A DNA stretch of 64,000 bases from Squalus acanthias (taxonomy: Eukaryota): assembly GCA_030390025.1 (NCBI GenBank), contig CM059432.1, forward strand, positions 114,392,001-114,456,000, read 5' to 3'. Within the stretch, counting starts at the first letter, position 1. Every line of letters starts with the position of its first letter. The position numbers and the translations under genes were made by a program. The notes under the pieces are model-generated. The model saw nothing but the letters and a program-made list of their open reading frames with translations. It did not search any database and was not told where the DNA came from. Positions 12,301-23,900 of this stretch are shown here, one piece after another.

Positions 12301-15300
12301 TTCTGTGAGTAAACAGAGCGGGAGATTCTGTGAGTAAACAGAGCAGGAGATTCTGTGAGTATAAAGAGCGGGAGATTCTATGAGTATAAAGAGCGGGAGA
12401 TTCTGTGAGTAAACAGAGCGGGAGATTCTGTGAGTAAACAGGGCGGGAGATTCTGAGAGTAAACAGAGCGGGAGATTCTGTGAGTATAATGAGCGGGAGA
12501 TTCTGTGAGTAAACAGAGCAGGAGATTCTGTGAGTATAAAGAGCGGGAGATTCTGAGAGCAAGCAGGGCGGGAGATTCTGTGAGTATAAAGAGCGGGAGA
12601 TTCTGTGAGTAAACAGAGCGGGAGATTCTGTGAGTAAACAGAGCAGGAGATTCTGTGAGTATAAAGAGCGGGAGATTCTGTGAGTAAACAGAGCGGGAGA
12701 TTCTGTGAGTAAACAGAGCAGGAGATTCTGTGAGTATAAAGAGCGGGAGATTCTATGAGTAAACAGGGCGGGAGATTCTGTGAGTAAACAGAGCGGGAGA
12801 TTCTATGAGTATAAAGAGCGGGAGATTCTGTGAGTAAACAGAGCGGGAGATTCTGTGAGTAAACAGAGCGGGAGATTCTGAGAGTAAACAGAGCGGGAGA
12901 TTCTGTGAGTAAACATGGCAGGAGATTCTGTGAGTAAACAGGGCGGGAGATTCTGTGAGTAAACAGGGCGGGAGATTCTGTGAGTAAACAGAGCGGGAGA
13001 TTCTGTGAGTAAACAGGGCGGGAGATTCTGTGAGTAAACAGAGCAGGAGATTCTGTGAGTAAACAGAGCGGGCGATTCTGTGAGTAAACAGAGCGGGCGA
13101 TTCTGTGAGTAAACAGAGCGGGAGATTCTGTGAGTAAACAGGGCGGGAGATTCTGTGAGTAAACAGAGCGGGTGATTCTGTGAGTAAACAGAGCGGGCGA
13201 TTCTGTGAGTAAACAGAGCGGGAGATTCTGAGAGCAAACAGAGCGGGAGATTCTGTGAGTATAAAGAGTGGGAGATTCTGTGAGTAAACAGAGCGGGAGA
13301 TTCTGTGAGTAAACAGGGCGGGAGATTCTGTGAGTATAAAGAGCGGGAGATTCTGTGAGTAAACAGAGCGGGAGATTCTGTGAGTAAACAGAGCGGGAGA
13401 TTCTGTGAGTAAACAGTGCGGGAGATTCTGTGAGTAAACAGGGCGGGAGATTCTGAGAGTAAACAGGGCGGGAGATTCTGTGAGTAAACAGAGCGGGCGA
13501 TTCTGTGAGTAAACAGGGCGGGAGATTCTGAGAGTAAACAGGGCGGGAGATTCTGAGAGTAAACAGAGCGGGAGATTCTGTGAGTAAACATGGCAGGAGA
13601 TTCTGTGAGTAAACAGAGCGGGAGATTCTGTGAGTATAAAGAGCGGGAGATTCTGTGAGTAAACAGAGCAGGAGATTCTGTGAGTATAAAGAGCGGGAGA
13701 TTCTGTGAGTATAAAGAGCGGGAGATTCTATGAGTAAACAGGGCGGGAGATTCTGTGAGTAAACAGAGCGGGAGATTCTATGAGTATAAAGAGCGGGAGA
13801 TTCTGTGAGTAAACAGAGCGGGAGATTCTGTGAGTAAACAGAGCGGGAGATTCTGTGAGTAAACAGGGCGGGAGATTCTGTGAGTAAACAGGGCGGGAGA
13901 TTCTGTGAGTAAACAGAGCGGGAGATTCTGTGAGTAAACAGGGCGGGAGATTCTGTGAGTAAACAGAGCAGGAGATTCTGTGAGTAAACAGAGCGGGCGA
14001 TTCTGTGAGTAAACAGAGCGGGCGATTCTGTGAGTAAACAGAGCGGGAGATTCTGTGAGTAAACAGGGCGGGAGATTCTGTGAGTAAACAGAGCGGGCGA
14101 TTCTGTGAGTAAACAGAGCGGGCGATTCTGTGAGTAAACAGAGCGGGAGATTCTGAGAGCAAACAGAGCGGGAGATTCTGTGAGTATAAAGAGCGGGAGA
14201 TTCTGTGAGTAAACAGAGCGGGAGATTCTGTGAGTAAACAGGGCGGGAGATTCTGTGAGTATAAAGAGCGGGAGATTCTGTGAGTAAACAGAGCGGGAGA
14301 TTCTGTGAGTAAACAGAGCGGGAGATTCTGTGAGTAAACAGTGCGGGAGATTCTGTGAGTGTAAAGAGCGGGAGATACTGTGAGTAAACAGAGCTGGAGA
14401 TTCTGAGAGTAAACAGAGCGGGAGATTCTGTGAGTAAACAGGGCGGGAGATTCTGAGAGTAAACAGAGCGGGAGATTCTGAGAGTAAACAGGGCGGGAGA
14501 TTCTGTGAGTAAACAGAGCGGGCGATTCTGTGAGTAAACAGGGCGGGAGATTCTGAGAGTAAACAGGGCGGGAGATTCTGAGAGTAAACAGAGCGGGAGA
14601 TTCTGTGAGTAAACAGGGCAGGAGATTCTGTGAGTAAACAGAGCGGGAGATTCTGTGAGTATAAAGAGCGGGAGATTCTGTGAGTAAACAGAGCAGGAGA
14701 TTCTGTGAGTATAAAGAGCGGGAGATTCTGTGAGTATAAAGAGCGGGAGATTCTATGAGTAAACAGGGCGGGAGATTCTGTGAGTAAACAGGGTGGGAGA
14801 TTCTGTGAGTAAACAGAGCGGGAGATTCTGTGAGTAAACAGAGCGGGAGATTCTGTGAGTAAACAGAGCGGGAGATTCTGTGAGTAAACAGAGCAGGAGA
14901 TTCTGTGAGTAAACAGGGCGGGAGATTCTGTGAGTAAACAGGGTGGGAGATTCTGTGAGTAAACAGAGCGGGAGATTCTGTGAGTAAACAGAGCGGGAGA
15001 TTCTGTGAGTAAACAGAGCGGGAGATTCTGTGAGTAAACAGAGCGGGAGATTCTGTGAGTATAAAGAGCGGGAGATTCTGTGAGTAAACAGAGCGGGAGA
15101 TTCTGTGAGTATAAAGAGCGAGAGATTCTGTGAGTAAACAGAGCAGGAGATTCTGTGAGTATAAAGAGCGGGAGATTCTGTGAGTAAACAGAGCAGGAGA
15201 TTCTGTGAGTATAAAGAGCGGGAGATTCTGTGAGTAAACAGAGCGGGAGATTCTGTGAGTAAACAGAGCGGGAGATTCTGTGAGTAAACAGAGCAGGAGA

Positions 15301-18300
15301 TTCTGTGAGTATAAAGAGCGGGAGATTCTATGAGTATAAAGAGCGGGAGATTCTGTGAGTAAACAGAGCGGGAGATTCTGTGAGTAAACAGGGCGGGAGA
15401 TTCTGAGAGTAAACAGAGCGGGAGATTCTGTGAGTATAAAGAGCGGGAGATTCTGTGAGTAAACAGGGCGGGAGATTCTGTGAGTAAACAGAGCAGGAGA
15501 TTCTGTGAGTAAAAAGAGCGGGAGATTCTGTGAGTAAACAGAGCGGGAGATTCTGTGAGTAAACAGAGCAGGAGATTCTGTGAGTATAAAGAGCGGGAGA
15601 TTCTGTGAGTAAACAGAGCGGGAGATTCTGTGAGTAAACAGGGCGGGAGATTCTGTGAGTATAAAGAGCGGGAGATTCTGAGAGTAAGCAGGGCGGGAGA
15701 TTCTGTGAGTATAAAGAGCGGGAGATTCTGTGAGTAAACAGAGCGGGAGATTCTGTGAGTAAACAGAGCAGGAGATTCTGTGAGTATAAAGAGCGGGAGA
15801 TTCTGAGAGTAAGCAGGGCGGGAGATTCTGTGAGTATAAAGAGCGGGAGATTCTGAGAGTAAGCAGGGCGGGAGATTCTGTGAGTATAAAGAGCGGGAGA
15901 TTCTGTGAGTAAACAGAGCGGGAGATTCTGTGAGTAAACAGAGCAGGAGATTCTGTGAGTATAAAGAGCGGGAGATTCTGTGAGTAAACAGAGCGGGAGA
16001 TTCTGTGAGTAAACAGAGCGGGAGATTCTGTGAGTAAACAGAGCGGGAGATTCTGTGAGTAAACAGAGCAGGAGATTCTGTGAGTATAAAGAGCGGGAGA
16101 TTCTGTGAGTAAACAGAGCGGGAGATTCTGTGAGTAAACAGAGCGGGAGATTCTGTGAGTAAACAGGGCGGGAGATTCTGTGAGTATAAAGAGCGGGAGA
16201 TTCTGTGAGTAAACAGAGCAGGAGATTCTGTGAGTAAACAGAGCGGGAGATTCTATGAGTAAACAGGGTGGGAGATTCTATGAGTATAAAGAGCGGGAGA
16301 TTCTGTGAGTAAACAGGGCGGGAGATTCTGTGAGTAAACAGAGCGGGAGATTCTGTGAGTAAACAGGGCGGGAGATTCTGTGAGTAAACAGGGCGGGAGA
16401 TTCTATGAGTAAACAGGGCGGGAGATTCTGAGAGTAAACAGAGCGGGAGATTCTGTGAGTAAACAGGGCGGGAGATTCTATGAGTAAACAGGGCGGGAGA
16501 TTCTGAGAGTAAACAGAGCGGGAGATTCTGTGAGTAAACAGGGCGGGAGATTCTGTGAGTAAACAGAGCAGGAGATTCTGTGAGTAAACAGAGCGGGCGA
16601 TTCTGTGAGTAAACAGAGCGGGCGATTCTGTGAGTAAACAGAGCGGGAGATTCTGTGAGTAAACAGGGCGGGAGATTCTGTGAGTAAACAGAGCGGGCGA
16701 TTCTGTGAGTAAACAGAGCGGGCGATTCTGTGAGTAAACAGAGCGGGAGATTCTGAGAGCAAACAGAGCGGGAGATTCTGTGAGTGTAAAGTGCGGGAGA
16801 TTCTGTGAGTAAACAGAGCGGGAGATTCTGTGAGTAAACAGGGCGGGAGATTCTGTGAGTATAAAGAGCGGGAGATTCTGTGAGTAAACAGAGCGGGAGA
16901 TTCTGTGAGTAAACAGAGCGGGAGATTCTGTGAGTAAACAGTGCGGGAGATTCTGTGAGTGTAAAGAGCGGGAGATACTGTGAGTAAACAGAGCGGGAGA
17001 TTCTGAGAGTAAACAGAGCGGGAGATTCTGTGAGTAAACAGGGCGGGAGATTCTGAGAGTAAACAGAGCGGGAGATTCTGAGAGTAAACAGGGCGGGAGA
17101 TTCTGTGAGTAAACAGAGCGGGCGATTCTGTGAGTAAACAGGGCGGGAGATTCTGAGAGTAAACAGGGCGGGAGATTCTGAGAGTAAACAGAGCGGGAGA
17201 TTCTGTGAGTAAACAGGGCAGGAGATTCTGTGAGTAAACAGAGCGGGAGATTCTGTGAGTATAAAGAGCGGGAGATTCTGTGAGTAAACAGAGCAGGAGA
17301 TTCTGTGAGTATAAAGAGCGGGAGATTCTGTGAGTATAAAGAGCGGGAGATTCTATGAGTAAACAGGGCGGGAGATTCTGTGAGTAAACAGGGTGGGAGA
17401 TTCTGTGAGTAAACAGAGCGGGAGATTCTGTGAGTAAACAGAGCGGGAGATTCTGTGAGTAAACAGAGCGGGAGATTCTGTGAGTAAACAGAGCAGGAGA
17501 TTCTGTGAGTATAAAGAGCGGGAGATTCTGTGAGTAAACAGAGCAGGAGATTCTGTGAGTATAAAGAGCGGGAGATTCTGTGAGTAAACAGAGCGGGAGA
17601 TTCTGTGAGTAAACAGAGCGGGAGATTCTGTGAGTAAACAGAGCGGGAGATTCTGTGAGTAAACAGAGCAGGAGATTCTGTGAGTATAAAGAGCGGGAGA
17701 TTCTATGAGTATAAAGAGCGGGAGATTCTGTGAGTAAACAGAGCGGGAGATTCTGTGAGTAAACAGGGCGGGAGATTCTGAGAGTAAACAGAGCGGGAGA
17801 TTCTGTGAGTATAAAGAGCGGGAGATTCTGTGAGTAAACAGAGCAGGAGATTCTGTGAGTATAAAGAGCGGGAGATTCTGAGAGTAAGCAGGGCGGGAGA
17901 TTCTGTGAGTATAAAGAGCGGGAGATTCTGTGAGTAAACAGAGCGGGAGATTCTGTGAGTAAACAGAGCAGGAGATTCTGTGAGTATAAAGAGCGGGAGA
18001 TTCTGTGAGTAAACAGAGCGGGAGATTCTGTGAGTAAACAGAGCGGGAGATTCTGTGAGTAAACAGAGCGGGAGATTCTGTGAGTAAACAGGGCGGGAGA
18101 TTCTGTGAGTAAACAGGGCTGGAGATTCTATGAGTAAACAGGGCGGGAGATTCTGAGAGTAAACAGAGCGGGAGATTCTGTGAGTAAACAGGGCGGGAGA
18201 TTCTATGAGTAAACAGGGCGGGAGATTCTGAGAGTAAACAGAGCGGGAGATTCTGTGAGTAAACAGGGCGGGAGATTCTTTGAGTAAACAGGGTGGGAGA

Positions 18301-18746
18301 TTCTATGAGTAAACAGGGCGGGAGATTCTGTGAGTAAACAGGGCGGGAGATTCTGTGAGTAAACAGGGTGGGAGATTCTGTGAGTAAACAGGGCGGGAGA
18401 TTCTGAGAGTAAACAGAGCGGGAGATTCTGTGAGTAAACAGGGCAGGAGATTCTGTGAGTAAACAGGGCGGGAGATTCTGTGAGTAAACAGGGCGGGAGA
18501 TTCTGTGAGTAAACAGGGTGGGAGATCCTGTGAGTAAACAGAGCGGGAGATTCTGTGAGTAAACAGAGCGGGAGATTCTGTGAGTAAACAGAGCGGGAGA
18601 TTCTGTGAGTAAACAGAGCAGGAGATTCTGTGAGTATAAAGAGCGGGAGATTCTGTGAGTAAACAGAGCGGGAGATTCTGTGAGTATAAAGAGCGGGAGA
18701 TTCTGTGAGTAAACAGGGCGGGAGATTCTGTGAGTAAACAGAGCGG
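9392..18746 (+). repeat. 25-bp minisatellite array, consensus GAGCGGGAGATTCTGTGAGTAAACA, ~374 units
   Basis: Directly visible; 25-nt period kept throughout apart from one 1-nt insertion near 9445. Recurrent substitution variants (ATAAA/AAACA, GGGCG/GAGCA/GGGTG, TCTAT/TCTGA, GGCGA). Confidence 0.99.
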
Positions 18747-18857
18747 TAGCAGCAGCGGACCTGCGAGGGAGCAGCGGCTGTGGGAGAAAATAAAGGTCGG
18801 TGATTTTCAGGCCCAGTCGAGCACCGGCAGCAGCGGGAGCGGCGACAGAATTCGAGA

Positions 18858-18915
18858 GTGACGTCACAGTACAGAAAGTGACGCTGGCGCAGGGGAAGAA
18901 GCTGATTGGTGAGTA
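18858..18915 (+). promoter_or_regulatory. CRE palindrome (GTGACGTCAC) and inverted CCAAT box (CTGATTGG) in the CR1 5' UTR
   Basis: GTGACGTCAC at 18858-18867 and ATTGG at 18905-18909, about 120-165 bp upstream of the ORF1 ATG. Function inferred only. Confidence 0.45.
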
Positions 18916-19024
18916 GTGGGTGAGTGCTTTTTTTTTCTTCAATTTTAAGTTTATTTCTTTTAAGGTAGTTCATAGTTAAGGTAGTGCGGGAGAGCGAGAA
19001 TCCGAGAGTTTTTTAATTAAAAGT

Positions 19025-19976
19025 ATGGCAGGGGACCTCAGTCCCGTGCGGTGCACGGCCTGCAGCATGTGGGAATTCCTAGACGCTTCTTGCAGTCAGG
19101 ATGACCACATGTGCAGTAAGTGCCAACAGCTTGGCCAACTTGAGATCCGGTTTTCGGAGCTCGAGCGTCAGCTGGAGGCACTGAGGTGTATCCGCGAGGA
19201 TGAGAGTTACATGGATAGCACGTTTTTAGACGTGGTCACCCCGCAGCTTAAGAAAGTGCAGTCAGAGAGGGAATGGGAGACCACCAGTCAGAAGAAGGGG
19301 GGCAGGCAGGTAGTCAGGAAAGCCCCAGAGTGCATCTCACTCAACAACTGTTTTTCTGTGTTGGAAAACGGTGAAAGTGACGGTTCCTCTGGGGAGTGCA
19401 GCCAGAGCCAAGTTCACGGCACTGTGGGTGGCTCAGCTGCACAAGGTGGGAGGAGTAAGAGTGGAAGGGCAATAGTGGTAGGAGACTCAATAGTGAGGGG
19501 TGCAGACAGGCGTTTCTGCGGCCACAGACGTGACTCCAGGATGGTATGTTGCCTCCCTGGTGCCAGGGTCAAGGATGTCATTGAACGGCTGCAGGGCATT
19601 CTGAAAGGGGAGGGCGAATAGTCAGAGTTCGTGGTTCACATTGGTACCAACGACATAGGTAGAAAGAGGGATGAGGTACTGCAACAAGAATTTAGGGAGC
19701 TAGGTAGCAGATCAAAAAGCAGGACCTCAAAGGTTGTAATCTCTGGATTACTCCCGGTGCCACGTGCTACTGAGTATAGGAATAGGAGGATAGAGCAGAT
19801 GAATGCGTGGCTAAAGAATTGGTGCAGGAGGGAGGGCTTTAGTTTCCTGGATCATTGGGTCGGTTTCTGGGGAAGGTGGGACCTGTACAATTCGGACGGG
19901 TTGTACCTGAACTGGAACGGGACCAACATCCTTGCGGGGAGGTTTGCTAGTGCTGTTGGGGGGGGCTTTAAACTAA
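19025..19976 (+). pseudogene. CR1 ORF1: zinc finger/leucine zipper plus SGNH (GDSL-like) esterase
   Basis: CTAC...CSKC, LEIRFSELERQLEAL, VVGDSIVRG, GARV, HIGTND, DGLYLN. Premature TAG at 19619-19621 and a probable +1 base in the G run near 19960. Confidence 0.9.
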
Positions 19977-20096
19977 CTTGGCAGGGGGATGGGATATGGA
20001 GTGGAGCTATAGTACGGGGTGATGCACAGCCAAATATAGAGGAAAAAACAAGTCAGTCTGGAAGGCAGAGCAAATATGTAACGGCACAAGGCAGTA

Positions 20097-22880
20097 TGGC
20101 AAGGCTGGATGGCATTTATTTTAATGCAGGAGTTTTGCGAGTAAGGCAGATGAATTGAAGGTGTTGATGAACACATGGGAGTATGATATTATTACTATCA
20201 CAGAGACATGGTTGAGGGAGGGGCAGGACTGGCAGCTCAATATTACGGGGTATAGAATCTTCAGGCGAGACAGAGGGGGGTGTAAAAGAGGAGGGGGTGT
20301 CACAATATTAATCAAGGAGTCAATTACTGCAGTAAGAAGGGATGATATCTTAGCAGGTTCCTCGAATGAGGCCATATGGGTAGAACTTAAAAACAAAAAG
20401 GGGACAAGCACTTTGCTGGGAGTGTACTATAGGCCCCCAAACAGTCAGGGGGAGATAGAGGAACAGATATGTAGGCAAATCTCAGAGAAGTGTAGAAATA
20501 ATAGGGTAATAATAGTAGGGGATTTCAACTTCCCCAATATTAACTGGGATAGTCAGAGTGTGAAAGGCTTAGAGGGTGTGGAATTCTTAAAGTGCATCCA
20601 GGAGAGCTTTTTGAGCCAGCATGTAGAAAGTCCTACAAGAGAGGGGGTGGTGCTGGACCTAATTCTAGGGAAAGTAGCCGGGCAAGTGGTAGAAGTGTCA
20701 GTAGGAGAGTATTTTGGTGACAGTGACCATAAGTCGGTGAGATTTAAGGTAGTCATGGAAAAGGACAAAGATGGACCGGAAATAAAGGTTCTAAATTGGG
20801 GGAAGGGCGATTTTAATATGATAAGGCAGGATCTGGCCAGAGTGGACTGGGATCAGCTACTTGTAGGAAAATCCACATCAGAGCAGTGGGAGTCATTCAG
20901 AAAGGAAATAGAGAGAGTACAGCGCCAACATGTTCCAGTAAAGGTCAAGGGTGGGACCAACAAGTCCAGGGAACCCTGGATGTCAAGGGATATACAAGAA
21001 TGGATTAGGAAAAAAAGGGAGGCTTTTGGCAGATACAAAGGACTAAAAACAGTGGAAACCCTAGAGGAGTATAGAAAGTGCAGGGGGGTACTTAAAAAAG
21101 AAATTAGGAGAGCGAAGAGGGGGCATGAAAAACCACTGGCGGGCAAAGTAAAGGAAAATCCCAAGGTGTTTTATAAGTATATTAAGGGCAAGAGGATAAC
21201 CAGGGAAAGAGTAGGGCCCATTAGGGACCAAAGTGGCAATCTGTGTGTAGAGCCGGAAGATGTAGGTGAGGTTTTAAATTAATATTTTGCATCTGTGTTC
21301 ACTATGGAGAAGGACAATGTAGGCATAGAAATCAGGCAGGGGGATTGCGATATACTTGAACAAATTAGCATTGAGAGGGAGGATGTACTAACGGTTTTAG
21401 CGGGCTTAAAAGTGGATAAATCCCCAGGCCCAGACGAGATGTATTCCAGGCTGTTGTGTGAGGCAAGGGAGGAAATTGCAGGGGCTCTGACACAAATTTT
21501 CAGAACCTCTCTGGCAACAGGGGAGGTGCCAGAGGACTGGAGGACAGCTAACGTAGTACCATTATTCAAAAAGGGTAGTAGGGATAAACCAGGGAATTAC
21601 AGGCCAGTGAGCCTGACATCAGTGGTAGGGAAATTATTGGAAAAAATTCTGAGGGACAGAATTAGTCTCCACTTGGAGAGGCAAGGATTAATCAAGGATA
21701 GTCAGCATGGCTTTGTCAGGGGGAGATCATGTCTAACCAATTTGATTGAATTTTTCAAGGGGGTGACTAGGTGTGTGGATGAGGGTAGTGCAGTTGATGT
21801 AGTCTACATGGACTTCAGTAAGGCTTTTCACAAAGTCCCGCATGGGAGACTGGTCAAGAAGGTAAGAGCCGATGGGATCCAGGGCAATTTGGCACATTGG
21901 ATCCAAAATTGGCTTGGTGGCAGGAGGCAGAGGTTGATGGTCGAAGGTTGTTTTTGTGACTGGAAGCCTGTGTCCAGTGGTGTACCGCAAGGATCGGTGC
22001 TGGGTCCCTTGCTGTTTATAGTGTACATTAATGATTTAGATATGAATGTAGGAGGTATGATCAGTAAGTTCGCAGATGACACGAAAATTGGTGGAGTGGT
22101 AAATAGCGAGGAGGGAAGCCTCAGGCTACAGGACGATATAGACGGGTTGCTCAGATGGGCAGAACAGTGGCAAATGGAATTTAACCCTGAAAAGTGTGAG
22201 GTGATGCATTTTGGGAGGACTAACAAGGCAAGGGAATACACAATGAATGGTAGGACTCTAGGAGGGACAGAGGATCAGAGGGACCTTGGTGTGCATGTAC
22301 ATAGATCCCTGAAGGCAGCAGGACAGGTAGATAAGGTGGTTAAGAAAGCATATGGGATACTTGCCTTCATTAGCCGAGGCATAGAATATAAGAGCAGGGA
22401 GGTTATGATGGAGCTGTACAAAACGCTAGTTAGGCCACAGCTGGAATACTGTGTGCAGTTCTGGTCGCCACACTATAGGAAGGATGTGATTGCATTGGAG
22501 AGGGTGCGGAGGAGATTCACCAGGATGTTACCTGGGCTGGAGCGTTTCAGCTATGAAGAGAGACTGGACAGGCTGGGGTTGTTTTCCTTAGAGCAGAGAA
22601 GGCTGAGGGGGGACCTGATTGAGGCGTACAAAATTATGAGGGGCATAGATAGGGTAGATAGAAAGGAACTGTTCCCCTTAGTAGAGAGGTCAATAACCAG
22701 GGGGCATAGTTTCAAGGTAAGGGGCAGGAGGTTTAAAGGGGATTTGAGGAAAAACTTTTTCACCCAGAGGGTGGTTGGAATCTGGAACTCACTGCCTGAA
22801 AATTCAAGAAGCATTTAGATGAGCACTTGAAACGCCATAGCATACAAGGCTACGGACCAAGTGCTGGAAAATGGGATTAG
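20097..22880 (+). pseudogene. CR1 ORF2: apurinic endonuclease plus reverse transcriptase
   Basis: ITETWL, YRPPN, GDFN, SDH endonuclease motifs; NYRPVSLTS, PQGSVLGP, FADD RT motifs. Lesions: frameshift ~20128, stop at 21280, short deletion near 22800. Confidence 0.95.
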
Positions 22881-22952
22881 AATAGACAGGGCTTGATGGC
22901 CGGCGCAGACACGATGGGCCGAAGGGCCTCGTTCTGTGCTGTATAACTCTAT

Positions 22953-23841
22953 GGGGGAGAAATTCAGTATCGCCCCGATGGGGCGCAATTATCAGCCGGG
23001 CGCAAAGATTAGCGCCTGGCGCTAATTATCGCCTCCAACTGCAAACTTGACTTTTATCGCCCCTGGAGGTGATTGGAGCGCTAAATCAGGTGCTTCACAC
23101 CTGTCTTAAGGTGCAAAGGCCGAGGAGCGAGGCGCTACCTCAGAGCGCTGGCGAAGCTCATGTGATGTCAGTCAGCAATGGAACACACACACAATGGCGC
23201 GGGCCAGTTCTTAAAGGGGAGGGTTGATCTTGCTTTCCATCCACATCCTGCTCATTGCAGCCTTGAATCTCGGCCTGGAGAGACCTGTGCATAAAATCTG
23301 CTGGAAAGAATAATGGAGAGTACCAGGGAAAGAGCTCAGAGTGCAGCCCCCACAGTCTCTTCTAAATCGATACAAGGAAGGGCAAATCAAAATGAACCTG
23401 CAAAGTGCTGCTCAGTACCCAAAACTCCTTCACACAGCGTTGAATCTCTCCAGAAGTCTCTCTCTCTCTCAGAATGCGTGGTTCAAAAATGTCACCAACA
23501 ATAAAAGGCAGGAAGCAGTCGCCTTTAAATAGCGCTCCCCCAGTCCCTTCCTGACTGCAAAACGCTCCCCTCAACCTGTCGTTGCTAGCGGCAGGCGGTA
23601 AGGTAGGGGGCGCCTCTCAATATCCGCTCCGGGGCGATACCGGGGCGTTGCGCACTCGACTGACGTCACGATCTGCCGGCGCAGGAGATCGTGGCGGTAG
23701 TGTTTAACGCCGCCACAAAATGTCTAGTTAATTTCGCGAGCGGTGCAAACATCGCCGCGCCCGGGCGCTAGCTGCTTTGCTGCCCCATTAGCGCCCTCTT
23801 AAGGCGCTAACGGGAGGTGCAACCAACTGAATTTTTCCCCC
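22953..23841. mobile_element. Harbinger-type MITE inserted in the CR1 tail
   Basis: TIRs GGGGGAGAAATTCAGT / ACTGAATTTTTCCCCC (15/16 match), TSD TAT at 22950-22952 and 23842-23844. Confidence 0.9.
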
Positions 23842-23900
23842 TATGACTCTAAATAGCAGATGCCCTATAAAGTTATATTTCAGAGTTGCATTGAGAGTGG

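Larger units (their letters stand above)
18747..22952 (+). mobile_element. Near full-length CR1-clade LINE (5' UTR, ORF1, ORF2, 3' UTR with ACTCTATG-type tail)
   Basis: ORF1 and ORF2 domains present in order. Tail TATAACTCTATG continues as TATGACTCT at 23842 beyond an inserted MITE. Confidence 0.96.

Noticed and set aside
9392..18746. CRISPR-like or telomeric array
   Set aside because: Units are contiguous with no unique spacers, there are no cas genes, the context is vertebrate, and the unit is not TTAGGG.
9284..18973. Long minus-strand ORFs (1092, 529, 262, 256 aa) of repeating LLTESPALFTHRISRSVYSQNLP
   Set aside because: By-product of a 25-nt unit lacking minus-strand stops; frames end wherever the TCTAT variant falls, and there is no credible start or domain.
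9370..23860. Target-site duplication flanking array plus CR1
   Set aside because: Only a short TAAATA match that does not sit at the array edge; not convincing, so the element's true 5' boundary is unproven.
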